From contig OX597822.1 of the NCBI GenBank assembly GCA_951406725.2, positions 70,618,001-70,682,000 on the forward strand: a DNA stretch of 64,000 bases. The letters run 5' to 3'. A model generated the notes under the pieces. It had not been told where the DNA came from. It ran no database searches and saw only the letters and a list, made by a program, of their open reading frames with translations. This document shows positions 37,908 to 51,311 of this stretch, piece after piece (the stretch's first letter is position 1; each line of letters begins with the position of its first letter). The stretch is from Octopus vulgaris. Lineage: Eukaryota. The position numbers and the translations under genes are program-made.

Positions 37908-38559
37908 GCATTCCAATTTATTTGTGTAATTGCCTTTCTGTCTGCCTATCTATGTAGTTATCTAGCCTGCCATTCATCCATCCATCCTTCCAAAATTCAT
38001 TCATACTACCCGTCCATTCACCCATCCATCCATTCATTCATTCATTCATTCAATCAATAGACAGAGGTAGGAAAAAAAATCTATCTACAATTCCTTCCTT
38101 CCTTTCTTTGTATGTGTGTTAGATAGATAGTTGAGCAAGTAAATGGTTTTTTTTTTTTGAAGTTTGCTCCCACCCAGCAATTAAATTCAGAGTAATAAGT
38201 TACAAGGAGATTTCACAATTTAATATACATTTCGCTCTACTAACTTAGTATTGAGAACTTCTTTATAGATGGAGGTTAGAAAACAAAAATCAATTGGGTG
38301 AGTTATGGGCATAGAAATTGATATAGGTGTAGTTAAATAATTTACACTCAAATATAAACATAAATAACAACATTTTTTGTCACGTGTGTGTTTCTGTTGG
38401 ATTTTTCTATGTACTCTGTGTGTGTGTACATGCTGGAGCACCACCTTTTTCAAGGTGGTGCTGCAGTATGGCCATAATCTAAATGACTGAAACAAGTAAA
38501 AGATGAAAGATACCTATTAGGGTGGTTCCATAACCAGAAGTGGAATATTTTGAATTTAA

Positions 38560-38757
38560 AAGGCGGTGAGGTGGCAGAAATGTTAGCACATGGGGTGAAA
38601 TGCTTAATGGTATTTCGTCTGTCTTTACGTTCTGAGTTCAAATTCCACCGAGGTCGACTTCGCCTTTCATCCTTTCAGGGTTGATAAATTAAGTACTGGA
38701 GTCGATCAAATTGACTGCCCCCCCCCAAATTTCGGGCTTTGTGCCTAGAGTAGAAAA
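38560..38757 (+). mobile_element. SINE family B
   Basis: Full head and body; TSD gaatatttt(g/t)aatt at 38543-38556 / 38758-38771. Confidence 0.9.
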
Positions 38758-38875
38758 GAATATTTTTAATTGTTTTATTCCATTATTTATTACCCATACA
38801 AGACACAAATGTCAAAGATGTGGTTTTGTTATAAATATTTAGTGACCTCAAACAAAGCCCTGCTGATAGAAGTTC

Positions 38876-39098
38876 TTAACCATTTCGCTTACCATATTTC
38901 TGTTGACTAATTCTACCTATGTTACCATTAATTTCAAGACACAAAAAAAATTTATGGAAGTAACTTTTTATTGGTGTTTGGGACATAAATTAACACAAAA
39001 TTTTGATGTAAGGTTTTAAGTTAGATTACTTTAGAATGAGAAGTTTGTATCATAAAACCATGAGCAATTTCAGGTAGGTTGGTATCAAAGGTGTTTAA
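38876..39098 (-). mobile_element. TTAA MITE, first family
   Basis: TTAAccatttcgcttaccatatttctg ... aggttggtatcaaaggtgtTTAA; reverse of the 54407 element. Confidence 0.65.
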
Positions 39099-39099
39099 G

Positions 39100-39428
39100 A
39101 TCCCTGGACCAAGCAAAGCTTGGCGATTGAATTTGCTTGATGGAAACTGAAAATAAGCTCATCATATAATGTATATGTATATGTATTTCTGTATGTGTAT
39201 GTACATGTGTATGTTGTGTTCCCTGTTTTGAACATTGTCTGATAGATGTAAATAAGTACCACTGCCATACAAGAGATGTTGTTCATTGCCAGTCTTTCAT
39301 AAAAGCCTGTCCTGTCATGTTTGCTTATTCGGAAATGGGTGAGGATTAGTGACCGGGCATAGAACATACATCTCAACAAGTTCTGTTTGACCTTTCCAAG
39401 CGTGGAAAGGTGTGCATTAAAACAATAG
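39100..39428 (+). mobile_element. SINE family F (A-type body with RTE-like 3' tail)
   Basis: gatggaaactgaaa block shared with family A, then a 3' end agcgtggaaaggtg.gcattaaaac resembling the RTE tail agcatggaaaacggacgttaaac. Confidence 0.55.
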
Positions 39429-40754
39429 CGATAATAAATCTTGCCAATAAGTTAATTTAAATGTGACAAATCTGATTGACAAGATAAAATCATTGTATCA
39501 AGAAATCTTTGAAATTCAGTGAAATGTTGCTGAAATCAGAAATAAATGCCATGTCCTACATCGAGTTTTGTAGGAATGCACACATGTGTGTGTACATATA
39601 AGTGGGTTTGCAGTATGTATGTGCATATATAAAAATAATATTGTGATCCAGCTATCAGGCTCAATATCTTCATTGCAAAATATTGGGTTTACGTGTATTG
39701 CACTGTCATTTGATTAACCCCCAAATTATGCTTCATAGAACAGACTTATGGTGAAAGGCAGTCCAACTTTGTTTACTCATCACCATCACCACACTCCTAC
39801 CCACCAGGCATTCTGTCAAAGACCATGTTTTTTAGTCTGTACTTTCTTTTCAATATGTTAGGATGATTTGAGGGCAATCTAAGTGCTATGTTTAGAAGGT
39901 TGAGCCTCCACATGAAAGCTTAGATTCTTCACTAATTCTAATCTATATTATTTCAGAAGCATGAAGCCTTTAAACTAAATTCCTTCCTTTTGTTTCTTCT
40001 AAACCTTACTAAACTTACTCTAAGAAATTCCAGACAGATTTCTCATCCTGAATTCCATAATTCTATAGACCAGAATGACAAATGGAGATTAAGTTTACAA
40101 TTGCATTTCAGCAGTGAAGTATTGTTATTCTTTGATATGGATTCAGACTGCTACTGACCAGAACTTACTGAGAACAATGTATGGCGTGAAGTGGCCACTT
40201 GGATCTATGATATATGGGGTTTCTTACCCCTCCCAACACACATGCACACACACACACACACACATACACACATGTGCACGTGCACATAAACTTTCTCTTT
40301 GTGCAACCCATACCAACATGGAAGAGTAGACATAAAAATGATGTATTAATGATGCGGTTGTATAATGTATCTAACGCCGTATTGAAAAGTGTTATGTTGT
40401 GATACCCATGTGTTTCCCAACAAGAGTGATGGGAAGAATGTGAGAGATGGTTCCAACTGAGAATCAAAAATGGATGGGTATTCTTGTTAATGGGGTACTT
40501 ACTTTGGCTCTGCTGGCACTCACCTTCCTAATATTGATAATGGTATTATTGGGACTATATGCGTAATATCTATAATGTATTCCGTTGTATTGATGTTTGC
40601 GTGATATGTGCGATGCGTTTGTCTATACTGCAGATTTATCTACATTTCATAGATTTCTCTATGAGAATGTAATATCTATATTTTCCCCACTATTTGTTCG
40701 TTTTCATTTGCCTTCCAATTATATGTGTGTGTGAGAGGGAGAGAGAGAGATTAT

Positions 40755-41392
40755 TGTATGTGAGTGTGTATAGTTGAATGCATATTAGTGTTCGTACTCA
40801 TTTGGTTAGAGTGCATACTTGTGTATATCCATATATATATATACACACATATATATATATATATACACATACACATATGTGTGTATGTATGTCTGTTTCT
40901 CCATCTCTTAATGTCTGCATCTTCATACTGCCTCTTTATCAAATATTTATTTTCCTATCTTTCTTTATATATGTAATTCTTCTATGTGCTTTGTTTGAGT
41001 CTTTGGTCTTCGTCAGCGCTATTCTCATAGAATTTCCCTTTCTCACTTTATTCTCTCATGCTTATCCAGGTTATCCATCAACAGACATTGCTTCGTTGTT
41101 GAATTTTTTTGGCTTTCTTCTTTTTCCTGCTTTGTTTTTTTTTCTTCTTTTTCCTGCTTTGTTTTTTTTTCTTCTTTTTTTAATATTTTTTTTGTGTTCA
41201 TCTTACAGTGGAAAATAAAATTCACAAAACAACTTTTAAGATTTATGAAAACAGTATGCGTAAATATGTGCCTGTGTATAAGTATGCATGTATGTATGTA
41301 TATAAAGACAGTTATTTAGTCAGGCTCTTTCTCTCTCTCTCTTCTCCTATACATTCATGCATAAACATATGCATGTATGTATATATTTGTAT

Positions 41393-41459
<67 letters not shown>

Positions 41460-41812
41460 TATATATGCACACAATCTCACACAAATAAACATATATAATT
41501 GTGTGTATGTTTACATATGTATATATCATATTTATATATATATATGTATATGCAGACACACGCACAATTACACAAATGCACATTTATAAATATCTGAGTG
41601 TATGTTTATAAGTATATGTTTACATATGTATATATATTTGTACATGCGCTTGTATATATATACATATCTGTATGCATACACATACATACACAATCATATT
41701 TACATCCAATATACATGTATAAGTATATAAATGCATGTACACACACACACACATTTGTGTGTATGTGTGCACTCACTAATGTATTTACACACACACACAC
41801 ACACACACCTAT
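40755..41812. repeat. Large (TA/CA/TG) low-complexity block
   Basis: Dinucleotide-derived sequence explains the stacked Y/I/H/T/C/V ORFs. Similar blocks at 49420-49710 and 56413-56667. Confidence 0.9.
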
Positions 41813-43349
41813 CCATGTAAAGGATGAGAATTTGTGAGGAATGATTTTTATTTGAAATATAAGCAACCCCTTGTATTTCAGTTTTACTACCAACTTCTTG
41901 GCTAATTCTTTAATATATCTGTTTTACATAGACTTTCTTTTCCCTCTTATCCCACCCCAATCTGTTCAACACACTTCCTCAGCCCCACCCCACCCCCGAA
42001 CCCCTTACAATGTTGAGCAACAATCTTGTTTGTTTATTCGTTTGTTTCCCTTCATCTCCTGTTGAAAACCTAGTCCCTGCCCCTCCCAATGGCTCCCTCC
42101 TCTTCCATCCTGCTTCTCTATTTAGTCTCTGACAAATTTATTTTGCCTCCGCTTTGCATGAATTCTGTCTTTGATTTATACTTTATTGTCATTTTCCAAT
42201 CTAGCTTCCATGTTCTGATATTTGTTAGCACCATGCATACATGAGATTTTATTTATTCTTGTTAGCTTCACAGGAAATTTTTATTGCTACATTCCCATGA
42301 AAATATATGGCTCTTTGGCTTTTTTTTTTTTTACTTTTCTTTATATTTTTCGAGTTTTATAAATTTTAACAGATTTATTTTTCTTCAAATTTGTTTCTTT
42401 ATTATTATTATTTTATTTCCACTATAAACCAATAGCCAATTCATTATTTTGGTTGGATATATAATTTTCAACAATTTACTGGCTGCAAATATCATTATTC
42501 ACCATTCCTTGTCTTTATGACCAGTTCAAATTAATATGTAGACATTATGTATATAAAATTTAAATCAACCACAAATACATTGTAACATAATATTCCTTTT
42601 GTAGAGATTTTAGAAACAAAATTTTAATTATCAAAGATAATAATAATAATTTACAAATATGTTAAAACTATTTTAGTATTTCCATCGAAATATTGATGGT
42701 TTCTAATGACATGCTGTTTTCACTGTCAATATTTCCCTTTTTTCATTTTTGATGGGCCATTTTTCACTTTGTGATAAATCACTTCTTAAATAAAACCATT
42801 TCTTTTTTATTTTATTTCTTCTTATCAGCTGGTATTGTAAGAGTTTTAATATAGCAATTAACTCCGGAAAAATTCTACTTTTGTCAAAATGTCATGTTAT
42901 CAAAATTTACTTCAATGCAACCTAATATTATATAAAACAATGAAAAAAAAAAAAAAAAACCAAAAAGATTAAAATTTAAAGTCTTTTTATTTAAATTTGG
43001 TTCAAACTGCTTATCTTAAAAATAATGATTATTATTATTATTTTTTTTTAAACTTAATCCAGAGATAATTTTCATATACGCTTTCCTGTGACAAATGCGT
43101 TTACACAAAAATATTAGGAATGAATAAAAGTTAGTAATATGCAGGATTTTGGTTTATTAAAGCTAATAAAATATGTAATTCATTGTTGAATATGTATGAA
43201 ACCTAATTTTGTGCTCAACAGCATATGCACTAAAACAAAAGTTAAATCTGTTAAATCAGCATTTAATCTTAAGTGGCTTATATTTGGACTAATTGGAAAA
43301 GTTACATCGCTGTAAAATATTGTCCCCACTAAAGATTTATATTGTATCT

Positions 43350-43952
43350 TGTACTTGTTGCAGTCATTGGACTGCAGCCATGCTGGGGATCCGCCTTGAA
43401 GGGCTTTGCTCAAATAAATTGACCCTAGCACCTATTTTTTGAGTTTGGCACTTACTCTAGTGGTTTCTTTTGTTGAACCACTGAGGCACAAGGACATAAA
43501 CAAACCAACACTGTTTGTCAAGTGGTGCGAGTGGGGAAGGAGACAAAGATGCAGACATAGATACGCACACTAGCTCTCCACTCAGTTTCTTATTTCTTTA
43601 TTGCCCACAAGGGGCTAAACATAGAGGGGACAAACAAGGACAGACAAACGGCTTAAGTTGATTATATCGACCCCAGTGCATAACTGGTAGTTAATTTATC
43701 GACCCCGAAAGGATGAAAGGCAAAGTCAAACCTCGGCAGAATTTTGAACTCAGAATGTAATGGCAGATGAAATACCGTCAAGCATTTCGCCCGGCATGCT
43801 AACAGTTCTGCCAGCTTGCTGCCACTCAGTTTTTGTCTACCAAATTCACTCTTAAGGCATTAGTTGGCCCAGGGTTGAAGACACTTGGCCAATGTACCAC
43901 TCAAGTGAACTGAACCCAAGCAAGCTTCTTAATCATACAGTCATGGCTGTGT
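43350..43952 (-). mobile_element. SINE family A interrupted by a SINE B variant
   Basis: 3' part at 43350-43577 and 5' part at 43833-43952. Confidence 0.75.
43589..43821 (-). mobile_element. SINE family B variant with an alternative 3' tail
   Basis: 11-bp TSD ccactcagttt (43578-43588 / 43822-43832). Family B head and body, but the tail reads tttgtccccctctatgtttagccccttgtgggcaataaagaaataag. Confidence 0.9.
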
Positions 43953-43999
43953 CTTAAATAAATCAATAATTAGTGTTTATCATATGGCAAATATGGCAA

Positions 44000-44365
44000 G
44001 GTGCTGGTATGGCTGTGTGGGTAAGAAGTTCCCTTTACAACTACATGATTTCAAGTTCAGTCCCACTGCATGGTAGCTTGAGCAAATACCTTCTATTATA
44101 ATTCCTGTCTGATCAGTGCAACTTGTGAGTGAATTTGGTAGTTGGAAACTGTGTGGAAGCCCACTGTATGTGTGCATGTGTTGTGTTCTTCCCCCACCAT
44201 TGTTTAGTAACTGGTGTTGGTTTATTTATATCCCTGTAGCTTAGTGGTTGTGCAAAACAGAGGATTAACGAAAAATAGGTATGGGGGATTAATTTTGTTT
44301 GACTAAACCCTTCTAGGAAGTGCCCCAACATAGCTGCAGTCCAATGACTGACATTAGCAAAAGAA
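44000..44365 (+). mobile_element. SINE family A (diverged)
   Basis: ggtgctggtatggctgtgtgggtaag through ccaatgactga. Confidence 0.8.
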
Positions 44366-44406
44366 GGAGTATCATTCTATTGTTTCAATGGAATTATGCT
44401 GAGAGA

Positions 44407-44849
44407 GTAATGGTGAGAGAAATGTGTGGGATGAAGCTGTTTGGTAAGAGGATGATTGAGGACTTGATGGGGATGCTGGGGCTGGCGGAAGCGGTAGAAT
44501 GTTTGGCAAGGGTAAATGGAGTGAGGTGGTGTGGACATGTGTTGAGGAGGGATGAAGAGCATGGTCCGAGGAAGATGATTGCGTTTGAGGTAAATGGAGC
44601 GTGAAAGCGAGGTAGACCGTGGAAAAGATAGAGAGGACAGGTGAGGGAGGAGATTGGGAGGGTTGGTTTGAAAAAGGAGGACGCCCAAAATCTGGTAAGA
44701 TGGTGTGAGGGCAGAGGGTAGGTTTGAAAAAGGAGGACGCCCAAAACTGGGTGAGATGGTGTGAGGGCGGTTGCTATGGCACTGAGGTTGATCTGGCCAA
44801 CCCCATTAACGGGGACAAAACCCGGATTTAAAACACTGGATGATGATGA
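44407..44849 (+). mobile_element. 5'-truncated RTE LINE (second family)
   Basis: Translates MVREMCGMKL...GVRWCGHVLRRDE...KRGRP (RTE C-terminal RWxGHVxR and RGRP motifs) with stops. (GAT)n tail. ~26-bp TSD at 44381-44406 / 44850-44875 with 2 mismatches. Confidence 0.92.
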
Positions 44850-46021
44850 TGTGTCAATAGAATTATGCTGAGAGAATCTTCTTACATTTCTTTTCTTAAC
44901 GTGGCTTGGCTGTGTTTATAGTGGGAGGTGATTTAATAAGTGAGAATTATAATAGAATTGAAAATATCAGACAAAAAAAAAAATACTTCATGTAATTTTG
45001 TAAATTTGTAGAGTCATCCACTGTATACTAACATGGTAAAAAAATTTTTCGCTCCACCCCCTTTGGTCTTTTCTTCTCCACTCTCTTCTCTGTCTCTGTG
45101 ATTATTTTTCTTCCCTTTCCTCTGACAATGCATTTCTCCATGTGTACACTAATTAAAATGATGGGAATTATGTTTCTGTGTTGCAAGTAGCACCTTTGTT
45201 GGTTGTCCTTTAAGGAAAGAAAAACCAAAACATAGGAGTGTTGTCAATGTTTACCTTATCGTTTTGAAAACTGTGTCCTTTTGTTTATATGATACAATTG
45301 TAAGGCAACAACAATGGGTTAAAAAAAAATAACGAAACAAATAAAAAAAAAAATCTAAATACAGTACAAACAAACAAACAAACAAAGCAAAAAATAATTT
45401 AATCTGCAAAACAAAGCAGGAAAAAATTGTAACGATAACAAAATCATTAAAAACCAACTGAAAGACCAGAAATACAATCCTAGATTGAAATTCAACAACA
45501 ATTAAAATCGGTGTAAGCAGCTACTTCATCTATTGTGTATTTTCTGGTTACATTTTTGAGTCTACTCATACTTAATTGGTTTTCAATGTAAGATGCTAAT
45601 GTGTGCTGTTAAACTGCCTTCTCTTTGTTTTGGTTTTGTTTTTGTGGTGGCTTAAACTTTCACTAATTTACTTGGGAGATGTATTTATTTATTTATTTAC
45701 TGGTGGTGGGAGGGTGGGGAATGATAATTTCACTTCTGTTGGTATTATGGAAACATTGTATCATCAGACTAAAATTACTTTACTGTACAGTGTTGGTTGT
45801 CTTATGTTTTGAGTTCATAACTCACTGGCGTAACAAAAAACTGGGCTTGGCGTCTTGGTGTTTCAGTCAAGCGAAACCATCATTATTAACACTCTCATTC
45901 TTGCCAGAATCAGTAGTAGTGGAAGTTGTGGTGGTCATTATGTTGTAGAAGGAGGATCCCAACAAGCTATGATCAAAGAGCTAGTTGAATTTTTATTTTT
46001 TTGTGTGTATATAGCTAATAC

Positions 46022-46408
46022 TCTTTTACTTGTTTCAGTCATTTGACTGTGGCCATGCTGGAGCACCACCTTTAGTCGAGCAAATCAACCCAGGACTTAT
46101 TCTTTGTAACCCTAGTTCTTATTCTATCAGTCACTTTTGCCGAACCGCTAAGTTACGGGGACGTAAACACACCATTGTCAAGCAATTTGGTAGGACAAAC
46201 ACAGCAACACAAACATACACACACATGTACATATATATATGTATACATATATACTATGGGCTTCTATCAGTTTCCATCTACCAAATCCACTCACAAAGCT
46301 TTTGTTGGCCCGAGGCTATAGTAGAAGACACTTGCCCAAGGTTCCACGCAGTAGGACTGAACTCGGAACCATGTGGCTGGTAAGCAAGCTACTTACCACA
46401 CAGCCACA
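46022..46408 (-). mobile_element. SINE family A, near full length
   Basis: Reverse consensus from cttttacttgtttcagtc to cttaccacacagccac. Confidence 0.92.
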
Positions 46409-49400
46409 CGTACCCCTACGCTAATGTTCATGATGACAGCATAAATATTTCAATCTTTTTGATCCTCTTCTGAAAAGTCTAATTTTTTGCAGTTTTTCTA
46501 GTTGTTTTCTTTTCTTTTTGATTGCAATTAGTGTAATTGTAATCCTTCATGTAATGTCTAGGGTTTACTATACTCACTGCTATACCTTGTGTCAAATAAA
46601 AGCAAATCATGATTGTTGTTATATTTGCATATACAGATCTTCCTTATGTGAAGATATTTTCGTCATTGAAAATATTCTCTCTGGACACAGGTCAGTACAC
46701 ATTACCCCCTGACCCTATCATCTGTGTAAGTCATGTACTGAGATATATTCCTGCTGCAAATATCATAGAGTATCATAAAAGATACTTTTCTCACTTTAGT
46801 CCCTTTCTGTTGATAATCTTCAAATAGTAAGGTTGTCATTATTTAGCCTCCAAGTTAGTTGACCTCCAATCAAAAGCATGGCAACAAGGGCCAGCGTGTC
46901 TTCATCAAGTTCAGTGTACCCAGGATTACATTATCCAATGTGTCCTTTGCTTTTATCTTTTTTTTTTAATGACAGAGATTATAACTGAGGGAAATTTTGG
47001 TTACATTTTCTAACAATTTGAGCAACAGTATAGCAAATCCTACCTTGGCTTGTCAACCAGTTTTGTTTTAAAAGAAAGAAAATTTTTGATTTTTTTTTCT
47101 TTCACAGATTTCTATCTCCCTTGATTTTCTATCTAGACAACCTATATCTGTTGCGTGCGAACAACTTGCTTTTGGCTGGATACAAATATTCACACATTTG
47201 CACTTACATGATCTGATGTCTTAAAACCTATTGACTAAGTTGTAATTTTATTTGGCAGAAATGTTGATGGAGCTTGTTATTCGTATTTATTGTCATAAAT
47301 TTCTCTCCATCTCAATACTATGGCGAATTTAAGCCAAACAACAAAACACTTTATATGCTGGTTATGGGTGACAGTTGGTTTAGTGATAGAAGCCTTTGCG
47401 GTAATATACTACAAAGTTCCGACTATCTCAGCATATTAAGAATTAATGAAGTCATTACAGAGTCTTCTGATTTTGAGAGCTGCTTGCTATATAACAGAAT
47501 AGACTTAAAATATGTTGTTAACATAACTGTTGATGAATGATAGCGTTTATTACTGTCACAATAGTCATGATATACTTATTTGCACATCATCAACATTTTC
47601 TACACTCCTGTAATAATGATACTATGAAACTGCAGCTAGGGAAAGATAAATTTACTGCTAGTAAAACTGCCAATAGATTGTGAATTATGAAATGGTAATG
47701 GCCTTTTAGATATGCTATATTGACTCACTAAGATTTAAACATGATTTTCTTAATTACTTTTCTTAATTTTTAAAGATCAATTTTCATTATTGTCCACTAA
47801 ATAGTGATAGGGTGGAGGATTAGCTAGCGTATATCTTGTTGATTTAGTGGGCCAGCAGGTCATGGCTTTTGTCCTTTGATTAATTTTCTCAACCTAGTCA
47901 TAAGCTAATAGGTTTATCTATTTGACTTTTAGAAACTATTTCTCACAAGATTTTGTCGAATCATTAATCATTGCTACATTTTTGATATCAGTGAATTGTT
48001 ATCAGAGATCTGTGTGTTTTATGATGTATAGATCAGAAAGTGCTTTCTTACTGCAGTTACAAGCAACACGTCATTTCTGGCTTTAGTTTATCCGCATCGA
48101 TAAAAATTGTAAAAGAAATGGTCAAGAAAGACTATTTGTTGGCGTTTATATTTTTCTGGATCTTTTTTGATTAAGTATGAAGAATTGGGTGACATAAGAA
48201 AGCTGTGGCATTTTTTGCAAAGAAAGTAGAATTTGAAACTAATCTGCGTAATATATCTGTATCAGACCAGTGACTGTTTTTAATACTGTACACTTAGCTT
48301 CATAATTGTTATTATTGATTAGATTTCAAGAACTTATTGGCCTTTTCAAATGATTTAAAATGTCAGTAGGTGTGTGCCTTTGTAATTAAATATCAACAAT
48401 GTTGTAGACTCACATTAAATAGTTTTTCTGTGTGTACCATGTTTGAGTTAGGGTGGTGGCGTTACTTTAAGTCTCAGACAACTTGGAGTCCAAAGAAAAA
48501 GGAGACTGGTAATAAATATGGGTGGGGAGAAAGGGGGACGGATGGACATTGAGTTGAGCAAACTGAGAAAAACGGAAACTGTTTGTAGTAAGTCAATCCT
48601 ACTGTACAGCTGATTGTATAGTGTTCCTATGTGGATGAAGAAGATGGTAACCTGAAGCTTCAACGAAGGTCAGAAGTTAGGATGAGGACTGGCATTTCAA
48701 TATGGCTGATAGACTTTCCAACACAATGATTTATGATAATAGTAGCAATTCCAATGGAAATCTGTGTGTGGCTAGAGTCTGATTAAGTCAACATGCTATT
48801 GCTAACAGATGGTTTCTGTGTAATTTACCGAATATTTGTATTCTGATGTTAAAATGGACAGCAGTGTGTTCGTTGTTGGCCAGTGATATTTCTGTGCCTA
48901 ATTAAGCATTCATTACTGTATTGTATTGTTTGGAGAAGATATCAAGAGACAAGCAGAATAACCTTCACTCTATGGACACCATCTTGATCCTTCACACAAA
49001 GATCTTCAACTATACAAATTGGAATTACTGAAATTGCTTCTGACATCTTTGTTTACTTCATAATCATTATCTCGTGCCTCCTTACCTACCTCATTCTTCA
49101 TTTTTCACTCACACCCCTTTCTTCTCCGCTTCTTTCCTTCTTTCCCCCCTCTTGCCTGCCACCAGAAACCAATTTCAGGAATATATGTTCTACAGCAATC
49201 TTTCCGAATGATATCTCAGGCATGATTTTCTGCTTAATGTACCATCATCTTCTGCTTGTGACACTACATATTTGTTAAGCTAAATGATGTCTCATATTTT
49301 ATCCTGTTTAATTCCTTGTAGCACAAAACACACCTAGGTTTAAGACAGCATTTGTTTCATATATAGCATTTTCTTATTGATAAACTATTGCTTTGTAGGA

Positions 49401-50182
49401 AGTTCTATACTATCTGTGTGTGTAAGCTTATATATATACATACATATATATACACACATATATATGCTTATTTATATATATACATATATATATGCTTATT
49501 TATATATATATATATATACATATATATGCTTATTCATATATATATATATGCTTATATATATAAAAGCATATATATATATTTGTGTGTGTGTGTGTGTATG
49601 TGTGTATATAAGCATATATATATATGATTATACATATGTATATATATGCTTACACACACACACACACACACACATGCTTACATGCATATATATGTGTGTA
49701 AGCTTTACTATATATTTGTTCTTATAGAGTTTTATCTATGTTCCTTTTAATTTGTTGCATGTGTAGATAATTGGCAATTTAACTCTTACAATATCAGTCA
49801 TCCTTTCGGCTACAAGAGTATAAATTTAAAAGATAAATGATGCTCGTGAAGATAAAGCTAACAATGCCCTGTAAATTAATGTTGCAGTGTTCATTCCTCT
49901 CTTATTTCAATGTAGCAAGTTTGGAAACCTCTGTTGGGTTTTTCGAAGATGCTGCTGTTAAATTATCGTGACCTTTGTCGAATAGTTTTGATTTTTGTCT
50001 TTGGTCTCAATTTGTTAAACATTATTACATACAGCGACATAAAAATCCTCTGATTTTAAAACTACTCTTAAAAAATTTAACACACACACACACACACAAA
50101 TGCAAACAGTTTCTTAGCAGAAATAAATTGTATTCATTTCTTCATTGTCATTTCACCATCATTTTATTGTTGTTGTTGTGTA

Positions 50183-50395
50183 GCTGGTGAGTTGGCAGAA
50201 TCGTTAGCACGTTGAACAGAATGCTTAGCAGTATTTCGCCTGTCGCTATGTTCTGAGTTCAAATCCCACCGGGGTTGACGTTGCTTTTCATCCTTTTGGG
50301 GTCAATAAATTAAGTACCAGTACCATCACTGGGGTCGATGTAATTGACTAGTCCCCTCTCCTCAAATCTGAGTCCTTGTGCCTCCAGTAGAAAGG

Positions 50396-50451
<56 letters not shown>
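50183..50451 (+). mobile_element. SINE family B with expanded (ATT)n tail
   Basis: Head ggtgagttggcagaatcgttagc; tail (att)n at about 50396-50451. Confidence 0.9.
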
Positions 50452-50642
50452 CGTGATAATGAATCAATAGTTGAAGTATTTTGCTATATCTCTTTGTATT
50501 TTGGACTCAAATTCAACTGCTGTTGATACTAAATTTCATTAAATCTACACCCTTTTTTTTATATATATATAAATTTGATATTTTGTGCCAAAGTTTGAAA
50601 TCATTAGTATTAATTCTTCTCTTCTTTTTTGATATTTTTCAG

Positions 50643-50739
50643 AACAAAACTGAAGTGACAAGCAAAGATGTGGAGCGCGATCGGAACCGAGATCGATACA
50701 GCGATCGTCACCGCGAACGTGAAGCTCAAAAGAGTAGTG
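50643..50739 (+). CDS. Internal coding exon of an unidentified gene (NKTEVTSKDVERDRNRDRYSDRHREREAQKSS, phase 0 to 1); in-frame extension to 50787 possible
   Basis: Strong acceptor ttcttctcttcttttttgatatttttcAG and donor TG|GTAAGC. Abrupt CpG- and purine-rich composition against AT-rich flanks; hydrophilic R/D/E peptide. Confidence 0.75.
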
Positions 50740-50949
50740 GTAAGCCACCACTAGCACAACGAATTAATCTTGCCCCCGGAGCTTTGGGTAGGCGTTAGGC
50801 ATGGGCAAAAAATATCAGCTCTGACATCAACTAACAGATTTACTAACCCTTGCATTGCTCACTTTTGCAATTCTAAACTAACATGTTTGTTTGACCCACT
50901 GCTTACTAACCTTCAGAATAACCTTGGGACAGTGGGTTCTTTTATTCTT

Positions 50950-51311
50950 TAATTTGTTTCAGTCATTTGACTGTGGCCATGCTGGAGCACCACCTTTAGT
51001 CGAGAAGCCTAGTACTTACTCTGTCGGTCTCTTTTGCAAAACAGTTAAGTTACGGGGACATAAACGCACCAACATCGGTTGTCAGGTGATGTTGTGGGCA
51101 CAAACATATACACACAAATATGTATATATGTGTATATGCATATATACATATACGATGGGCTTCTTTCAGTTTCTGTCTACCAAATCCACTGACAAAGCTT
51201 TGGTTGACTCGAGGTCATAGTAGAAGACACTTGCCCAAAGTGCCATGCACTGGGACTGAACCCAGAACCATGTGGCTGGTAAGCAAGCTACTTACCACAC
51301 AGCCACTCCTT
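50950..51311 (-). mobile_element. SINE family A
   Basis: Reverse consensus from ttgtttcagtcatttgactg to cagccactcct. Confidence 0.92.

Noticed and set aside
41113-41180. 27-bp tandem repeat giving LLFPALFFF twice
   Set aside because: Slippage duplication in a T-rich tract; no coding evidence.
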